NCBI GenBank assembly: GCA_943789275.1
Contig: CALSTM010000003.1
Location: forward strand, 360,001-392,000
DNA: 32,000 nucleotides
Source: Candidatus Poseidoniaceae archaeon
GTDB taxonomy: Archaea; Thermoplasmatota; Poseidoniia; Poseidoniales; Poseidoniaceae
Direction of reading: 5' to 3'
Shown: piece after piece, positions 24,639-32,000 of the stretch
Numbering within the stretch: the first letter of the stretch is position 1
How the letters are laid out: the number at the start of each line of letters is the position of its first letter
Made by a program: the position numbers and the translations under genes
The notes under the pieces: model-generated
Databases searched by the model: none
What the model was told of the DNA's origin: nothing
The model's input: only the letters and a program-made list of their open reading frames with translations

Positions 24639-26099
24639 ATGAATCAAATGCGACGAACACGAATAGTGGCCACGATAGGACCTGCTTGCGATGACTCAGA
24701 AACGCTGCTTTCCCTGCTTCAGGCTGGCGTGAACGTCTGTCGTTTGAACTACTCTCATGGCGCACCTGATGATAAGACGTCGCTGTATGAACGAATCCGT
24801 TCGCTCGAGGACTCACTTGGTCGGCCGACATGTATTCTTGCAGATTTGCCAGGACCCAAACTCCGTCTTGGTCGGTTTTCAGATGTCGTGGTATTGGAAC
24901 GAGGCCAGTCCCTCAACCTTCATTGTGGCCAACCGTTCATGGAAGACGCAGATGCCAACAATATTCCAGTCGAATACGCCGGTTTGTCTGCAGAATTAAC
25001 CAACGGCGACCCCGTTCTCATCGCTGATGGACTGGTTCGTCTCAAGGTGCTTCATTCCCCTGGTCAACCAAACAGCGTGGTCGAATGTATTGTTGAAGAC
25101 GGCGGCATTTTGAGTGAGCGAAAAGGCGTCAATGTACCTGGAACAATGGTTGACTTACCCGCCATTGGACCGAACGATGAGGCAGCATTGGCTCACGCTC
25201 TCAAAGCTGGTGCCGACTATATTGCAGTCAGTTATGTCCGTACTGCGAAAGACCTCGAACCTGCTCAAAAAGCGGTACGAGACGCTGGTCTTCATGTCCC
25301 ACTGATTGCTAAGATTGAACATCCAGTCGCTCTTGAGCATCTTGAAGAAATTCTGGATTCAGCCGATGCAGTGATGGTCGCTCGTGGCGATTTGGGTGTG
25401 GAAATTCCGCTTGAAGACGTTCCTGAGGCGCAGCAGCGCATCATCGATGGCGCTCTAACAAGAGGGAAAATTGTCATTGTGGCTACACAGATGCTTGAAT
25501 CCATGACGCTTCAGCCTCGGCCAACACGTGCTGAAGTGAGCGATGTATCCGGTGCTATTCGACATGGGGCGACTGCAGTGATGCTTTCTGGAGAAACTGC
25601 CTTGGGTCAGTATCCTCTTGCAGCGGTCGAAACGATGGCAAAGATTGCAGTTGCAAGCGAGAAAGGATTGAATTCATCAGACCAGCGCCCAAGCGGTTTG
25701 GCTCGGTTTGTTTCCACTCGTTCAGTCGCTCACGCAGGTGTCGAGTTGGCGAAGATTTCGAAAGCCAAACGCATTGTTGTTGCGACCCAACACGGAAATG
25801 CCGCTCGTCTGGTCGCCGGATACTGCCCGGGAATTCCCGTCACTGCGGTCAGTAACCGCATTCGTGCCATGCGACGATTGCAACTCATACCTGGCGTGGA
25901 AGGGCTCATGGTCGAAGAGTACGACCGTGGTTCACAGACCATGCAATCCTCGCTTCACACCCTTATGGAATCGGGAACAATCGGTGTAGGGGATAGAATC
26001 GTGGCTATTTCGGGCAGTCCTAAAGCCATCTCTGGTGCGACCAGTACGATACGATTGTACAAAATTGCCGAGGACGGCTCTATTCACGGTGCAGAGTGA
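24639..26099 (+). CDS. pyk: Pyruvate kinase
   Basis: RRTRIVATIGPA, NVCRLNYSHG, MVARGDLGVEIP, VATQMLESM and MLSGETA. Trimmed to Met 24639, with GGAG just upstream. Confidence 0.95.
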   Translation: MNQMRRTRIVATIGPACDDSETLLSLLQAGVNVCRLNYSHGAPDDKTSLYERIRSLEDSLGRPTCILADLPGPKLRLGRFSDVVVLERGQSLNLHCGQPFMEDADANNIPVEYAGLSAELTNGDPVLIADGLVRLKVLHSPGQPNSVVECIVEDGGILSERKGVNVPGTMVDLPAIGPNDEAALAHALKAGADYIAVSYVRTAKDLEPAQKAVRDAGLHVPLIAKIEHPVALEHLEEILDSADAVMVARGDLGVEIPLEDVPEAQQRIIDGALTRGKIVIVATQMLESMTLQPRPTRAEVSDVSGAIRHGATAVMLSGETALGQYPLAAVETMAKIAVASEKGLNSSDQRPSGLARFVSTRSVAHAGVELAKISKAKRIVVATQHGNAARLVAGYCPGIPVTAVSNRIRAMRRLQLIPGVEGLMVEEYDRGSQTMQSSLHTLMESGTIGVGDRIVAISGSPKAISGATSTIRLYKIAEDGSIHGAE

Positions 26100-26198
26100 A
26101 ATGCTTACTGCTTTTCCGCAAAAATCACTGCCCAGTCTCTAAAAAGAGAGTACTGAGGCTTAATCAGTCCATTTCAGTCATGCAATGGCGCGTCGCGC

Positions 26199-26208
26199 TT
26201 TTCAAATA
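26199..26208 (+). promoter_or_regulatory. TATA-like element (TTTTCAAATA) upstream of tuf
   Basis: It lies about 40 nt upstream of ATG 26248, leaving a short leader that contains the SD. Confidence 0.3.
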
Positions 26209-26233
26209 GGGGTGGTTGTTCGGAGGGTTCGCT

Positions 26234-26239
26234 AAGGAG
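26234..26239 (+). promoter_or_regulatory. Shine-Dalgarno (AAGGAG) for tuf
   Basis: ctAAGGAGtaattaccATG, with an 8-nt spacer. Confidence 0.55.
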
Positions 26240-26247
26240 TAATTACC

Positions 26248-27537
26248 ATGGGAAGTCAATGGGAAGATAAGAGCAAGCCTCACCTAAATATCGTGTTCAT
26301 CGGACACGTCGATCACGGAAAGTCAACAACTGTCGGACGTCTACTACTGGACTCCGGTCACATTGAAGGTCACGTTATTGAAAAGAACGAAAAACTCGCT
26401 GCTGAGTCCGGTAAGGCTGGATTCGGTCTTGCTTACGTTATGGACGGACTCAAGGAAGAGCGCGAACGTGGTATCACCATCGACGTTGCTCACAAGGAAT
26501 TCTTTACCCCGAACTACTACTGGACTGTTATTGACGCTCCAGGTCACCGAGATTTCGTCAAGAACATGATTACTGGTGCTTCACAAGCTGACGCAGCAGT
26601 TCTTCTCTGTGCTGCTAACGACGGTGTTAACGCACAAACCAAGGAACACGCTTTCCTCGCAAAGGTACTTGGTGTTAAGCAACTGATTGTTCACGTCAAC
26701 AAGATGGATATTTCCGGTGTTGACTGGTCAGAAGACAAGTACAAGGCTGCCTGCACTGAAGTCGGTACCCTCCTCAAGATGGCTGGTTTCAAGCCGGATG
26801 ATATCCCAATGATTCCTGCTTCGTCCTTGAACGGCGACAACGTGTTCACCAAGTCCGACAAGTGCCCATGGTACAACGGTCCAACGCTTTTCGAAGCTAT
26901 CGACAAGATCACCATGCCAGATAAGCCAATCAACAAGCCACTTCGCTTGCCAATTCAGGATGTCTACAAGATTTCCGGTATCGGTACAGTGCCAGTCGGT
27001 AAGATTGAAACTGGAACTTTGAATGTTGGAAAGACTGTTATCTTCAACCCTTCACAGAAGTCCGCTGAAGTCAAGTCCATCGAGATGCACCACACCATGG
27101 TCCCTAAGGCAGAGCCTGGAGACAACGTTGGTTTCAACGTCCGTGGTCTTGCACAAGTCGACATCCGCCGTGGTGACGTTGCTGGATACGCTGACAGCGA
27201 ACCTATGTTCGTTCGTCACGACGAAACTTTCGTTGGTCAAATCCAATTGATGGACATTCCAAAGGCTGTCTCCGTCGGATACACACCAGTTTTCCACGCA
27301 CACACCGCTCAAGTCGCTGTTCGATTCCTCGAACTCCTTGAGAAGACCAACAAGTCCGGTAAGGAAGCTAACCCGTCTTTCCTCAAGACTGGTGACGCAT
27401 GCCTCATCCGTTTCCAACCAAACAAGCCAATGGCTATTGAGCAAATGGACACGTTCCCTGAACTCTCTCGCTTCGCTATCCGTGACATGGGTAAGACCGT
27501 CGCAGCTGGCGTTTGTTTGAAGATTGACAAGAAGTGA
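26248..27537 (+). CDS. tuf: Translation elongation factor aEF-1 alpha
   Basis: GHVDHGKSTT, DAPGHRDF and NKMD GTPase motifs. Full-length EF-1alpha architecture, with the conserved tuf-rps10 linkage. Confidence 0.97.
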   Translation: MGSQWEDKSKPHLNIVFIGHVDHGKSTTVGRLLLDSGHIEGHVIEKNEKLAAESGKAGFGLAYVMDGLKEERERGITIDVAHKEFFTPNYYWTVIDAPGHRDFVKNMITGASQADAAVLLCAANDGVNAQTKEHAFLAKVLGVKQLIVHVNKMDISGVDWSEDKYKAACTEVGTLLKMAGFKPDDIPMIPASSLNGDNVFTKSDKCPWYNGPTLFEAIDKITMPDKPINKPLRLPIQDVYKISGIGTVPVGKIETGTLNVGKTVIFNPSQKSAEVKSIEMHHTMVPKAEPGDNVGFNVRGLAQVDIRRGDVAGYADSEPMFVRHDETFVGQIQLMDIPKAVSVGYTPVFHAHTAQVAVRFLELLEKTNKSGKEANPSFLKTGDACLIRFQPNKPMAIEQMDTFPELSRFAIRDMGKTVAAGVCLKIDKK

Positions 27538-27553
27538 TTCATCACTTGAAGAA

Positions 27554-27576
27554 ATCGGAAGGAATCGGAAGGAATC
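27554..27576 (+). repeat. Tandem 10-nt repeat (ATCGGAAGGA x2 + ATC) in the tuf-rps10 spacer
   Basis: Read directly as aaATCGGAAGGAATCGGAAGGAATCactATG. GGAAGGAATC is a partial match to the SD consensus GGAGGTGATC. Confidence 0.7.
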
Positions 27577-27579
27577 ACT

Positions 27580-27909
27580 ATGGCAGCAGTCACGATTATC
27601 AAGCTCACCGGCCAAAACCATCGAGATATCGATAACGTTGCTAGCCAGATTAAGACCATCTGCGACACCGGTGGAATCTCCCTGCGAGGTCCTATCCCGT
27701 TGCCGACCCGTCACCTTGTTGTCCCCGTACGCAAAGCCCCTGATGGTGAAGGCGTCGAGACCTACGATCACTGGGAACTTCGGGTTCACAAGCGACTTCT
27801 TGAGATGGACATCACATCCGGAAAGGGCGAATCTGCTCTCCGCCAAGTGACCCGTATTCCTATCCCTGATACCGTGAGCATCGAACTTTCGATGCGCTCA
27901 GTCAACTGA
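27580..27909 (+). CDS. rps10: 30S ribosomal protein uS10
   Basis: IKLTG.NH..ID, ISLRGPIPLPT, WELRVHKRLLEM and IPDTVSIE. Positioned immediately after tuf. Confidence 0.95.
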   Translation: MAAVTIIKLTGQNHRDIDNVASQIKTICDTGGISLRGPIPLPTRHLVVPVRKAPDGEGVETYDHWELRVHKRLLEMDITSGKGESALRQVTRIPIPDTVSIELSMRSVN

Positions 27910-27997
27910 TTCGTTGTACGAATGTTATCTGCCGTTACATGTGAATGCCGTAAGGCTGTTTGACAAGTCTTTCGTCCGTAACCAGAACACGTCGTCA

Positions 27998-29017
27998 TCA
28001 AAGTGCAGCAGCTTCTGCTACACCGGATTCAATGAGCCACTCAGCAGTGTCAGCATCTACAAATTGTACATCGCCTTCTTCGAGCATAAGTTCCTCACCG
28101 CTCTTCGTAGCAATCGGTTCAGGGCTTGAAACTAAAACTCGGATACGATGCAAGTCCGTTTGTTCGGATTGTTGTTTTTCAACAACAACCGGTTCACTCA
28201 CAGGCGCAGCGTCCATATCAAACATCTCGATGGTGGACGATGTTTTCTTTGATGGGGCGAGCTCTAACGCCGCAGCGTGTTTCTTGTGCTCCATTGCCGG
28301 CGCAACGGTTTTCTGCTGTACGGTTTCTTTTGCTGCGGGTGCTTCAGCTAAATCTGCGTGAATGTATTCGTCAAGGTCTGGCCATTCTTCATCAACAAAC
28401 CGTTCTTCATCATCAGCGCTAAATTCCATGGCCTCTACAGGTGGTTCTTTGTCTTCAAATGCTAAATCCGGTGGTGCCGTACCTGTCAGGCTTGCATCAA
28501 CGTATGAATCGAGTTGCATTGTTCCTGGCGCATGCCTTGCCTGTTCAGGGCGAACCTCACCAGCAATACCGTTCTGCATGGAGTTCCAATCGACTTCCAT
28601 CTTGAACCGGTCAATTTGCACCTGCATCATGTGATAAATCGCTTTCTCGGCAGGATCGTGCCGTTGCCAATCCAACGCTGGTAAATCTTGCCCAGTTTGA
28701 GTTGATGTCCGCAAGGATTGTGAAGAAACGTGCTGCATCATGGCAACCAGCCTTTTCCGAGCTAATTCTGAAGCAATCAAGCGGATATTGGCTTGACGCT
28801 TCTGTAGATTTTGCAGCCTCATTCCCGTCATACCCTTCATGAGCATGCTCTGAATTTCATTGTCAAGGCTACCGAGGAGTTGGTGAACCATGCCCCAGAA
28901 ATCCTGCCGAGGCAGAGGGACTGGAACATGCCGGTTAATTTGCAAGCGATGCGTCGCAAACAACTGTTCTTCGACCTCGCGCGACTGAGCACTGTCAAGG
29001 TCGCCGAGGTTCGACAT
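27998..29017 (-). CDS. GINS51-like replication protein (A-domain ... long acidic insert ... B-domain)
   Basis: The N-terminal helical region has LPRQDFWGMVHQLLGSL, ...RQANIRLIASELARKRLVAM... and AEKAIYHMMQVQIDRF (GINS A-domain pattern with R..K.. helix). The C-terminal IRVLVSSPEPIATKSGEELMLEEGDVQFVDADTAEWLIESGVAE matches the Gins51 B-domain pattern. A GGAG SD lies 6 nt upstream. Motif-level call only. Confidence 0.55.
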   Translation of the reverse strand: MSNLGDLDSAQSREVEEQLFATHRLQINRHVPVPLPRQDFWGMVHQLLGSLDNEIQSMLMKGMTGMRLQNLQKRQANIRLIASELARKRLVAMMQHVSSQSLRTSTQTGQDLPALDWQRHDPAEKAIYHMMQVQIDRFKMEVDWNSMQNGIAGEVRPEQARHAPGTMQLDSYVDASLTGTAPPDLAFEDKEPPVEAMEFSADDEERFVDEEWPDLDEYIHADLAEAPAAKETVQQKTVAPAMEHKKHAAALELAPSKKTSSTIEMFDMDAAPVSEPVVVEKQQSEQTDLHRIRVLVSSPEPIATKSGEELMLEEGDVQFVDADTAEWLIESGVAEAAAL

Positions 29018-29101
29018 CGTTCACTCCTATGGCCGACATACTTTGAACCCTTCATTCCCGATTTATCAAACATCGAGCGCGCCCCTTCATATTCAATGGC
29101 T

Positions 29102-29120
29102 CACCTCGCAGAGCGAGGTG
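29102..29120 (+). promoter_or_regulatory. Perfect 8-bp / 3-nt-loop inverted repeat CACCTCGC-AGA-GCGAGGTG, pairing an SD (GAGGTG) with an anti-SD-like CACCTC
   Basis: Read directly. The 3' arm ends 7 nt before GTG 29128 and 16 nt before ATG 29137. The TATA-like ATTTATCAAA at 29061-29070 would place the hairpin in the 5' UTR. Confidence 0.5.
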
Positions 29121-29127
29121 TTGTTTA

Positions 29128-32000
29128 GTGTCCCAAATGAGTGGTTCTCTTTTGTCCCGGCGTAAGTCGGTAGGCACCGCTTTGCTCCTCATGTTCCTGA
29201 TGCTTGGCAGCACGTTCTCTGCAGCGAACGATACCGCATTTGGGACCTCTTTACTACCGGAGCCCGATTCAGATTCGACAGGCGAATTGTTTTTCCATCC
29301 AGCGCCAAACGAAACGAGCATCAATTCTAGTTTTTCTTCCCTGATTCAAGTTCCTTCAAATCATACTTTCTTGGACGGCTCTGTTGAAGTAGAGCCGTTG
29401 TGGAACCGCTCGACTTCCAATGGAACTCAATACGGAGTCGGTGCCTTAAACCAATGGAATGGGACTCATTTGAAGACCAATGGAATCGGGCATGGAGGGA
29501 AGTTAACGCTGGCAACGAACTCTTCACTTGGCACCATCACGAATTTCGAATCGACGGTTGTTGCCGCACCGCGATGGCTTGGTACCGGTGTCAATCATGA
29601 AGCGTGGTCGATTCAGCGGCCGAGTATTGTTCCGTTCACGTCTAATTCTGGTATGGCCGTGCCCACAAACGGTTCGAATTCCCTTGGTTTTCTTGCCACC
29701 CAAGCACAAGGAGATATTGGTCCAGACATGAACGGATGTCTTGTCTCTCCCACGGTTGACACACCTTTTCTCATCACCAACTATACGCTTCAATTTGAAC
29801 ATTGGACTGCTCTCTATGCTGATGATGCGGCTTGGATCGACATGCGGGACATGAATGGGAGTTGGTCCCTTCTTTCACCTGTTGGAGGTTACCCCTCCAC
29901 CTCCTCACTGAATGCTACCCCTGCGACCGTATGGAACGGTGAAGATTCAACATGGAACGCCGCCTCCTTCCAACTCGATTCATTGGTTGCTGAGTTCCAA
30001 TCATCGGTTCAATTCCGATTGTGTTTCCAAACGAGTTCGGCCGTTGGAGTACGCGGAGGATGGTTTGTTGATAATTTCGAGGTCCGAAACCAAGGCGATG
30101 AACGGGGGGCATGGTTTCACGGCAACCTGTCGGCAGATTATGCTCCGAACGCCGATGGAGATTTGGTACTGCCCGTTGATTTCTCGAACATGACCGGTCA
30201 AAACGTCGAACTTGAAATCTGGTCGAATTGGGACCTTCAGGGTGCGGCTTTCGATACCTTGACCGTGGATATATCGTACGACAATGGATCCTCATACTAT
30301 TCGCTTTCCACCTACCCTGGCGTTCCTTCGTCAGGTGCCATCTGCAACGGTCAGTGGTTTAATGGCGGTGACTCCTCAAACCAATGGTGTCCGTTCCGAT
30401 TTGTTTTGCCGTGGGGCACCAATGTCCCACTCAATGCAAACAATATCTATCTGCGATTCAATGTTCAAACGAACAATCAAATCAACTACGGAGGAGCGAC
30501 TTCATCTGGGTGGGAAGGTATCGCAATAGATGATTTGGGCGTATGGATAAATCGAGGGACAGCGAATCAAAACTATACGCGTTTCAAGAACTTCACATCC
30601 CAGCCAACCGGGGTGAACGGCTCAGCAGACGGCTGGCTTGAATCTCGATTGGCTCCCAACGAGTGGCAGTGGCTTACCTTTTTCGAACACAATTCAGTAA
30701 ATGCCGCAGTCTTCGACTTCGAATCCGGGAATGAGTTGCCAGCTGGCTGGTCACTTTGGTCTCAGACCAACCGACGCTGGGAAGTTGGAACCACCAGCAA
30801 TTCCTCTGGTTTTGGACCAGGTGTTTGGCATTCAGGTTTGAACGGAGCAGGGATCTATCTTGATGATGAATATCGCAACGATATGTGGACTGAGCTCTTT
30901 ACTCCAGAATACTTCATCCCTGAAAACTCAACATCACGATTGACGTTTAGGAGTTGGGTTTGTACCGAGGCGAATTGGGACGGTGGTGCCGTCTCAATCT
31001 CAACGGATGGCGGCGAGAATTGGTGGTTTATCCCTCCGACTTACAATGGGTTTCACGATCAACTCTCGACGACGAACATTTACTCGCCGTTGTACAATCA
31101 GGGCATATTCGATGGCTCGCGAGTCGTGGGGGGTTGTCATAACGTCCAAAGAGGATTTGATTTGAAAGAATACGACCTCTCCAACCTTACCGGTTCTTCA
31201 GTCCGTGCGAAATTCACTTTTTTCTCAGACCAATTGGTCGAACTCGATGGCTGGTATATCGACGATGCGGGTATTGAAATCGATGTCTATGAACCAAATG
31301 GCTCATGGACTTCTGAAGTTCTCACGCCCGACCCATTGTTTGGATGGGGGCAACTGGATGGATTTGTGGTCGAGCCTTCAAACACCAGTGTCCGATTCGA
31401 TGTTTTGGACGCAAACGGCACGCTGATTGACGGATATCAGAACAGAACTCTACCCATTGACTTGCCGTTTGATGCAGACAAACACCCAGAACTCTTCATC
31501 CGCGTTCACCTGTCGAGCCTTGACCGTTTAATCACGCCGAGTATCGAGCGTCTTTCGGTTGGAACTCTCACTTTTTTTGACGCTTACCATCTGTCCTACC
31601 CCGGAGATTTCACCGGCTCAAACCTTGAACAACTTGAGACGGGTGGAGATTATAATTTGAGGACCTCTCCTGCTGCCAGTTATGTGTCGTTGATGTGGGA
31701 AAGCAAGGCTTTTTGCCCATTCCAGATTGCTAAATACCAACTCATTGCTGGAAACCTAAGCGTTTCACACAGCGATTATTCCGTCGTTGCCTCCGATTGG
31801 GACCTCACCCCTTATCCGGTCTTGTCCCAGACCATAGAGCGTCAAGGAAGGCCGAAAATATCAACCGATTTGGCCCTCACATGGTCACCTGGACAATCAT
31901 CGAAAGGATTCCTTTTCGAACCGTTTTGTTCTGTGGCGCCTGAGGAAACTGAAGTCGAAATCGGCTCACCGCCTACTCCATTGTTCACATGGCCAGAATC
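29128..32000 (+). CDS. Large secreted glycoprotein-like surface protein with at least 3 MAM / choice-of-anchor-J-like beta-sandwich modules (3' end beyond the window)
   Basis: Hand translation shows one frame open from GTG 29128 / ATG 29137 to the window edge (more than 950 codons). It is absent from the ORF track because there is no stop. Signal peptide MSGSLLSRRKSVGTALLLMFLMLGSTFSAA. Many N-x-S/T sequons. Module-ending motifs are GGWFVDNFEV (about 30055), GWEGIAIDDLGVW (about 30508) and LDGWYIDDAGIEI (about 31243). Confidence 0.8.
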   Translation, partial: MSQMSGSLLSRRKSVGTALLLMFLMLGSTFSAANDTAFGTSLLPEPDSDSTGELFFHPAPNETSINSSFSSLIQVPSNHTFLDGSVEVEPLWNRSTSNGTQYGVGALNQWNGTHLKTNGIGHGGKLTLATNSSLGTITNFESTVVAAPRWLGTGVNHEAWSIQRPSIVPFTSNSGMAVPTNGSNSLGFLATQAQGDIGPDMNGCLVSPTVDTPFLITNYTLQFEHWTALYADDAAWIDMRDMNGSWSLLSPVGGYPSTSSLNATPATVWNGEDSTWNAASFQLDSLVAEFQSSVQFRLCFQTSSAVGVRGGWFVDNFEVRNQGDERGAWFHGNLSADYAPNADGDLVLPVDFSNMTGQNVELEIWSNWDLQGAAFDTLTVDISYDNGSSYYSLSTYPGVPSSGAICNGQWFNGGDSSNQWCPFRFVLPWGTNVPLNANNIYLRFNVQTNNQINYGGATSSGWEGIAIDDLGVWINRGTANQNYTRFKNFTSQPTGVNGSADGWLESRLAPNEWQWLTFFEHNSVNAAVFDFESGNELPAGWSLWSQTNRRWEVGTTSNSSGFGPGVWHSGLNGAGIYLDDEYRNDMWTELFTPEYFIPENSTSRLTFRSWVCTEANWDGGAVSISTDGGENWWFIPPTYNGFHDQLSTTNIYSPLYNQGIFDGSRVVGGCHNVQRGFDLKEYDLSNLTGSSVRAKFTFFSDQLVELDGWYIDDAGIEIDVYEPNGSWTSEVLTPDPLFGWGQLDGFVVEPSNTSVRFDVLDANGTLIDGYQNRTLPIDLPFDADKHPELFIRVHLSSLDRLITPSIERLSVGTLTFFDAYHLSYPGDFTGSNLEQLETGGDYNLRTSPAASYVSLMWESKAFCPFQIAKYQLIAGNLSVSHSDYSVVASDWDLTPYPVLSQTIERQGRPKISTDLALTWSPGQSSKGFLFEPFCSVAPEETEVEIGSPPTPLFTWPE

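Noticed and set aside
26133-26155. Interrupted stem CAGTCTCT-AAAA-AGAGAGTACTG after pyk as a terminator.
   Set aside because: It has only 4+4 bp with a 3-nt bulge and only a T4 run nearby. This is too weak to call.
27052-27846. 264-aa minus-strand ORF antisense to tuf and rps10.
   Set aside because: It lies entirely within two unmistakable highly conserved genes. Its composition is not protein-like (S/D/V/L runs). It is a typical shadow ORF.
1-32000. tRNA, rRNA, CRISPR arrays, IS elements or integrases.
   Set aside because: T-loop-like GTTCGAAT/GTTCAAAC strings occur only inside CDS (e.g. 9386, 18912, 29671) without matching acceptor stems. No spaced direct-repeat arrays and no transposase or integrase motifs were seen in any frame.

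Overview
The window is a compact, almost fully coding archaeal chromosome segment. Archaeal markers are aEF-1alpha + uS10, eS8, SRP19, a family-B DNA polymerase, a GINS-like protein, an Lrp/AsnC regulator and PGF-CTERM sorting signals. Gene content and the many large Ca-binding or adhesin-like surface proteins suggest a planktonic Thermoplasmatota-type (Marine Group II/III-like) euryarchaeon; this is inference only. I call 28 CDS. Housekeeping genes are leuS, eno, pyk, tuf, rps10, rps8e, srp19, polB, a branched-chain aminotransferase, pantoate kinase, a thioredoxin-fold protein, and FAH-family and PUA proteins. Six are secreted or anchored surface proteins: two thrombospondin-type-3 repeat proteins, a fasciclin-cupredoxin fusion, a small PGF-CTERM protein, a PKD lipoprotein, and a large MAM-like protein that runs off the right edge and is absent from the ORF track. 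I saw no rRNA, tRNA, CRISPR array, transposase/integrase, prophage or recognisable defence island. The main second-look items are: (1) an archaeal protein with the motif order of the eukaryotic CDIN1/C15orf41 'TPD' PD-(D/E)xK nuclease, translationally coupled to an orphan gene; (2) four of six convergent gene pairs with directly abutting stop codons (0-nt spacer); (3) a triple-FAS1 + type-1 copper cupredoxin + PGF-CTERM fusion; (4) a bacterial-type LeuRS core with a long non-bacterial C-terminal extension; (5) a GINS51-like protein split by a long acidic insert; (6) a perfect 8-bp hairpin pairing a Shine-Dalgarno sequence with an anti-SD mimic upstream of the large surface-protein gene; (7) an untracked 42-codon Cys4 mini-ORF. 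All functional calls rest on motif recognition by eye. No searches were run.
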